The position numbers were made by a program, and so were the translations under genes. A stretch of DNA of 37,818 bases, taken from the NCBI GenBank assembly GCA_000182565.2, contig KQ257467.1; one strand, given 5' to 3'. The DNA is from Spizellomyces punctatus DAOM BR117. Taxonomy: Eukaryota. The notes under the pieces are model-generated. The model saw nothing but the letters and a program-made list of their open reading frames with translations, was not told where the DNA came from and made no database searches. This document shows positions 34,965 to 37,818 of the stretch, piece after piece (position 1 is the first letter of the stretch; each line of letters opens with the position of its first letter).

Positions 34965-35179
34965 CGTTCCTTGCGGATGTGTGCTTTCCTTTGGGGGTAG
35001 GAAAACTTCAAGAACGACCAGAAAGACTCTCCACAGCAGTGTGACATTTGACCTGAGGCACAGTTACATTATCAGCGGCACAGTAAATCTTATTTTATAT
35101 GACTGTGCCATTCCCAAGGTGAAGTTTGTGGGCGGTCGCCCCGCTGGCCATCCTCTTGTTTGGGCCATCTTTTTGCATC

Positions 35180-36610
35180 ATGATGCGTCCTCCCGGCCGT
35201 CTTGCGTACCTTGCCGGTTTCCTTTTTGCCGTGGCATTGTTGGCTGGAGGCTGCAACGCGTACTCTTCTGCGTACAAGGTCAAGAGACTTGAGGAGAAGA
35301 GTAGTAGAAATGGACTCAAACTTAATGCGGAAGATTTCGACCTGTTCACGGAGGCACCGCGAAACTACTCTTTCTTTGTTACATTAACTGCACTTGCACC
35401 AGAAATGGGATGTGCGCCTTGCAGGTAATTGAAGTTTTTGTAGCAATCATCGACTCTTGGAGTGCCAACTGTGGCGGACGTTGGTTGTAGACAGTTCGAT
35501 AGTGAGTTCAAGCTGGTCGCTTCCTCATGGGGACGCGTTGCTGTCCCAGGTAAATTGTACTTTGGGACAGTGGACTTTAGTGATGGACGCGAGGTCTTTC
35601 AAAAGGTAAACTACCAGGGTCCCACGTACCTCCTGTGTTGTGAATGCTGAGATCTGCTGCTGATAGCTCCATGTCACAAACGTACCAATGGTCCTTCACT
35701 TTCCGCCAACCGAAGGACCCGACGCAACGGGTTCAGACCAGTACGAGCTGTACGACCTCAACAGACGGTGCGTGCTTGTCCCTTTAAAGCACCGATCTTG
35801 AACTCACCGGTCGGTTACCTTTTGTTGTACAGGGGCCTGTCTGCAGAAGCCCTCGTCGAACATGTAGAAAAGGCGGCCCACGTAAAGGTAAAAACTAGTC
35901 TACTTAACTTATATAAAGGAATTATTTCTTACTCCATGCTACGTTCATCAGTTCCCATTGCGAAGGCCGATCAATTTTGCATATTATGCTACAGTTGCCA
36001 TATCAATCTTGGGACTGCTCGCTCTGCTCAAGCTTGTAGCTGGCCACTTACTAGTACTAGTCCAAAATCGCAAAATCTGGTCCACCGCAGTTATTGTATG
36101 TACGCGCTTTGAGCTTTACTCATTCTTCAGACAAAATAGGTTCTAATTTGTCATTGGTGTAGGGATGGACAATACTTATGTGCTCCGGACATATGTGGAA
36201 TTCCATTCGTGGTCCCCCGTACACCGGAGTACGTAACAATCGCCCGGAAATCGTTGCCCCCGGCTTCCAGAATCAATTTATTTTGGAAAGTCAGATTGTT
36301 GGCCTATTGTGTAAGTGTCGTATCCGTTCAATCCTTCTTGACGACATTAATACTTGGCAACAGATGCGGCAGCTGCTGTAATGTTTGTGGCTCTGGTGAA
36401 GAAGACCCCTGGTATCTCGGATCCAGCCATGCAACGCACCGCGGTTTTAGGATTTGTATTTGGATTTATAGTGCTGTACTCATTTTTGCTGCGGTTCTTC
36501 AGACTCAAAAATGGGTCATATCCCTTTAAATTGGTACGTCAAAGGACTCGATGAGATCTCATAACGTTACAACTCTGCTAACCTCGACACTTCATTCATA
36601 GCTCTTTTAA
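35180..36610 (+). CDS. OST3: Oligosaccharyltransferase oxidoreductase subunit OST3/OST6 (MAGT1/TUSC3 family)
   Basis: Signal peptide. Thioredoxin-like domain PRNYSFFVTLTA..GCAPCRQFDSEFKLVASSW and LYFGTVDFSDGREVFQKL. TM region CSGHMWNSIRGPPY, FQNQFILESQIV, ending FRLKNGSYPFKLLF* with a 9-nt terminal coding exon at 36602-36610. Confidence 0.93.
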
Positions 36611-37579
36611 GTTGTTACTTCTGGGGTGAATGCGAGCCTCGTGTATGTAAATCTGGGAATGAATAACTACAATATGGAGGCCCTTGATACATGGCAGACT
36701 GTTGCGCCGTCATATTCCTATCCACTCATCTATTAGAATTTGTCGATTGTAGACACCCCACATTCCCGTCGCTGGTATCTGTAGGGTCACCCGGTAACAC
36801 GCCCTCAAACACCTTTTTACTTTGATACCTTACCCTCAGGCTCAAGTTCCAACTATGTACCTCCCCTTCACCACAGGTTGACTGATTGGAAAACGACCCG
36901 GGTGTGTAGGGACAGCTTGTAAACTGGACCTTCTGAGATCCACTGCAATTTTTGTCGGATCTGGGCTATGCAAGGCTGATCCAAATACCACAAATGTACC
37001 AAAGGAGCTTGAATCTGGCACCAATCGCTCTTGGGGCATGAAGCAATCCAGGAGGAGGCCAAGACATCTTCAGAAAAATCCGTCGTTGCAACTGTCGAAA
37101 AAAAGAATCCGCCCCAGCTTACCAAATCTCGTTTCATTTTTGCCCAAAAATGCATTGCGTCGCGCTTGCGGGCAGGCAGTTTCTTCTTGCAGCCATCTCA
37201 CCCAGGCTGGTGGTCGATTCGCAAGAGCGCATCCTTGTACGAAGCACAGTCTACTATCCCTCGTTTTTCTTGTTCTCCAGTCCATCGCTTTCAGCTACTT
37301 TGACTACAGTGCCCTTGGAATTCTCATTGTGACTCTGGACCTTCCCTCCTTTGCAGTTGCGCGGACGTGTTCTCCGCAAAAGCTTCTTTTGATTTCCGTA
37401 TCCCGTCCGAGCTCTGATCGGACATCCGTCCATCTTTCTGAGAGGATTCTTTTCCTTATATTTGTTTTAACTTGCTCATATTCCTTGTTTTTGCATTATT
37501 CGTGCTTATACCTTTCTGTCCGTGTGTTTGAGCCACGACCGCCCAGAACTGGTACGATAAGCTCCCTCCGTTGTCCTCC

Positions 37580-37818
37580 ATGTCGGCTCCGTCCGCGAAT
37601 GTTGCGAATAGTGATCCGACATCAACAACTCCTTTGCAACTTCCTAAAATATTGTCCAGTCCTAACCAAGAAGAGCCGTTGGTAAACCACTTCGAGTCTT
37701 TGGTAAATATGAATCCAGCTGGATCGCCGAACGCTCCCCAGGTTGCCCCCGCTACTCCCGATGCTCCGCTTCCGTCCTACTACGAGCAGCAGTTGGCACG
37801 TTTGCAGAACTCGATCTC
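37580..37818 (+). CDS. 5' part of an unidentified gene, truncated by the window end
   Basis: Open frame from ATG 37580 to the edge: MSAPSANVANSDPTSTTPLQLPKILSSPNQEEPLVNHFESLVNMNPAGSPNAPQVAPATPDAPLPSYYEQQLARLQNSI. It is preceded by a long pyrimidine-rich leader. Confidence 0.55.
   Translation, partial: MSAPSANVANSDPTSTTPLQLPKILSSPNQEEPLVNHFESLVNMNPAGSPNAPQVAPATPDAPLPSYYEQQLARLQNSI

Noticed and set aside
36660..37685. ORFs 36842-37039 (-), 36868-37155 (-) and 37038-37685 (+, 215 aa, Leu/Ser/Phe-rich)
   Set aside because: Their composition reflects pyrimidine-rich non-coding sequence and they show no family motifs.
1..37818. Transposons, CRISPR arrays, rRNA, viral or prokaryotic defence systems
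   Set aside because: I saw no transposase, reverse transcriptase or integrase motifs, terminal repeats, spaced repeat arrays or rRNA signatures. The window is almost fully accounted for by spliced nuclear genes.

Overview
This is gene-dense eukaryotic nuclear DNA with many short (about 45-105 nt) GT-AG introns and CTRAC/CTRAY-type branch points, so the ORF track shows exon fragments and I assembled gene models by hand. Gene content and intron style suggest an early-diverging fungus, probably a chytrid (inference only). The window holds about 18 protein-coding genes and one tRNA-Arg(ACG). In order: a villidin-type class-4 coronin (coronin + 3 PH + gelsolin repeats + villin headpiece), a secreted FAD oxidase, a Rid7-type YjgF protein, an HDAC8/Hos1-like deacetylase, Cdt2/DTL, two F-box/LRR genes, tRNA-Arg, NDUFA7/NUZM, a SUT/SLC45 sugar transporter, a beta-carbonic anhydrase, an unknown membrane-anchored tandem-repeat protein, an unknown coiled-coil protein resembling SYCP3, MRPL3, COQ2, VPS23, a PY-motif membrane protein, OST3/6, and a gene truncated at the right edge. 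I found no transposon, CRISPR array or rRNA. The best leads are the villidin, the two adjacent orphan genes at 25.0-28.5 kb, the GCCARG site cluster upstream of the FAD oxidase, and two enzymes that look bacterial in type. No database search could be run, so all family assignments come from recognised motifs.
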